Assembly: GCA_051362555.1 (NCBI GenBank) | Contig: CM120640.1 | Span: 10,106,001 to 10,170,000 of the forward strand | DNA length: 64,000 bases | Source of the DNA: Lingula anatina | Taxonomy: Eukaryota; Animalia; Brachiopoda | Direction: 5' to 3' | Shown: piece by piece, positions 63,401 to 64,000 of the stretch | Layout: each line of letters starts with the position of its first letter | Position numbering within the stretch: position 1 is the stretch's first letter | Position numbers and translations under genes: made by a program | The notes under the pieces: model-generated | Told to the model about the DNA's origin: nothing | Seen by the model: only the letters and a program-made list of their open reading frames with translations | Database searches by the model: none

Positions 63401-64000
63401 TTTACGGGAGACAAAGCAATTATAAACCAACCAAACGTCTCTAGCCGACATTGTGGATGAATAATCTAGTCAATTCTATGTAATGATAACCTAAGCACTG
63501 AGTCAGTCAACTAAGGATATCTCAATCAATCTGATTCTCAGAGAAATTACAGCTAAGCACCGTAACCTAATTTAACACTCACCTTAATTTTCTGTTTCAG
63601 AAGGTGGGGTTGACGTCTGTTCTTTCATTGCATCATAGCTGGACAAATAAGGAATGGCCCAGCAAGCTTATTTATAGACAGCTGTGTTAGATCAACTGTC
63701 CTGTATTATTCCAGTGTTCTGTTGCGTTATTCCATTAGATCCTGTGGTAAAATCTAATTGTTTGAGGCGCGATATTTTGTGGCAACGCTCGCGTGCTTAG
63801 CCAAGAGGGCTTAATTGAATAGTCTTTTCGCCCACTGTTGCACAGTGATGCTCTTATCAGTCTCTTACGCATGCAGGCGCCGATATAGTGTCTCTTAGCC
63901 GAGTCACATTGCGGCTGCTATAACAGTAACATGGATATAAAAACGTCTATATTTAAACAGTGTTGTAAAACATCGGTAACCGTGAGACGAAAAGCGTGCA

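Noticed and set aside
1-64000. tRNA/rRNA genes, U12 (AT-AC) introns, prokaryotic operons or defence systems
   Set aside because: None recognised. All reconstructed introns are GT-AG, and most short ORFs in the track are exon fragments, their antisense shadows or AT-rich noise.

Overview
AT-rich, intron-rich animal genomic DNA. It is probably an invertebrate (mollusc/lophotrochozoan-like), inferred from gene content and repeat types; it is not prokaryotic. Manual splicing gives seven protein-coding genes: an atypical DUSP14/18/21-type phosphatase (-), NUP43 (+, 8 exons, head-to-head with the DUSP), an ankyrin-repeat protein with a split SOCS-box-like C-terminus (-), ZMPSTE24/STE24 CAAX protease (-), a ~39-exon adenylate kinase 9 (-), an intronless proteinase K-type (S8A) subtilase (-), and a divergent VGLUT-like SLC17 transporter (-). 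The subtilase has a signal peptide, I9 prodomain, C-terminal TM helix and YxxPhi tail. Introns and intergenic DNA carry many non-autonomous elements: a ~1.85 kb Helentron/HINE-type element with a 161-bp tandem array, a decayed DD41D Tc1/mariner remnant, two MITE families with two copies each, and other fold-back elements. Most notable are the membrane-anchored subtilase, AK9 microexons/cassette exons (one 11-nt frame-restoring, one with an RVxF motif), a decayed hammerhead-like motif and a mosaic CpG pattern. No clearly new multi-gene system could be established from sequence alone.
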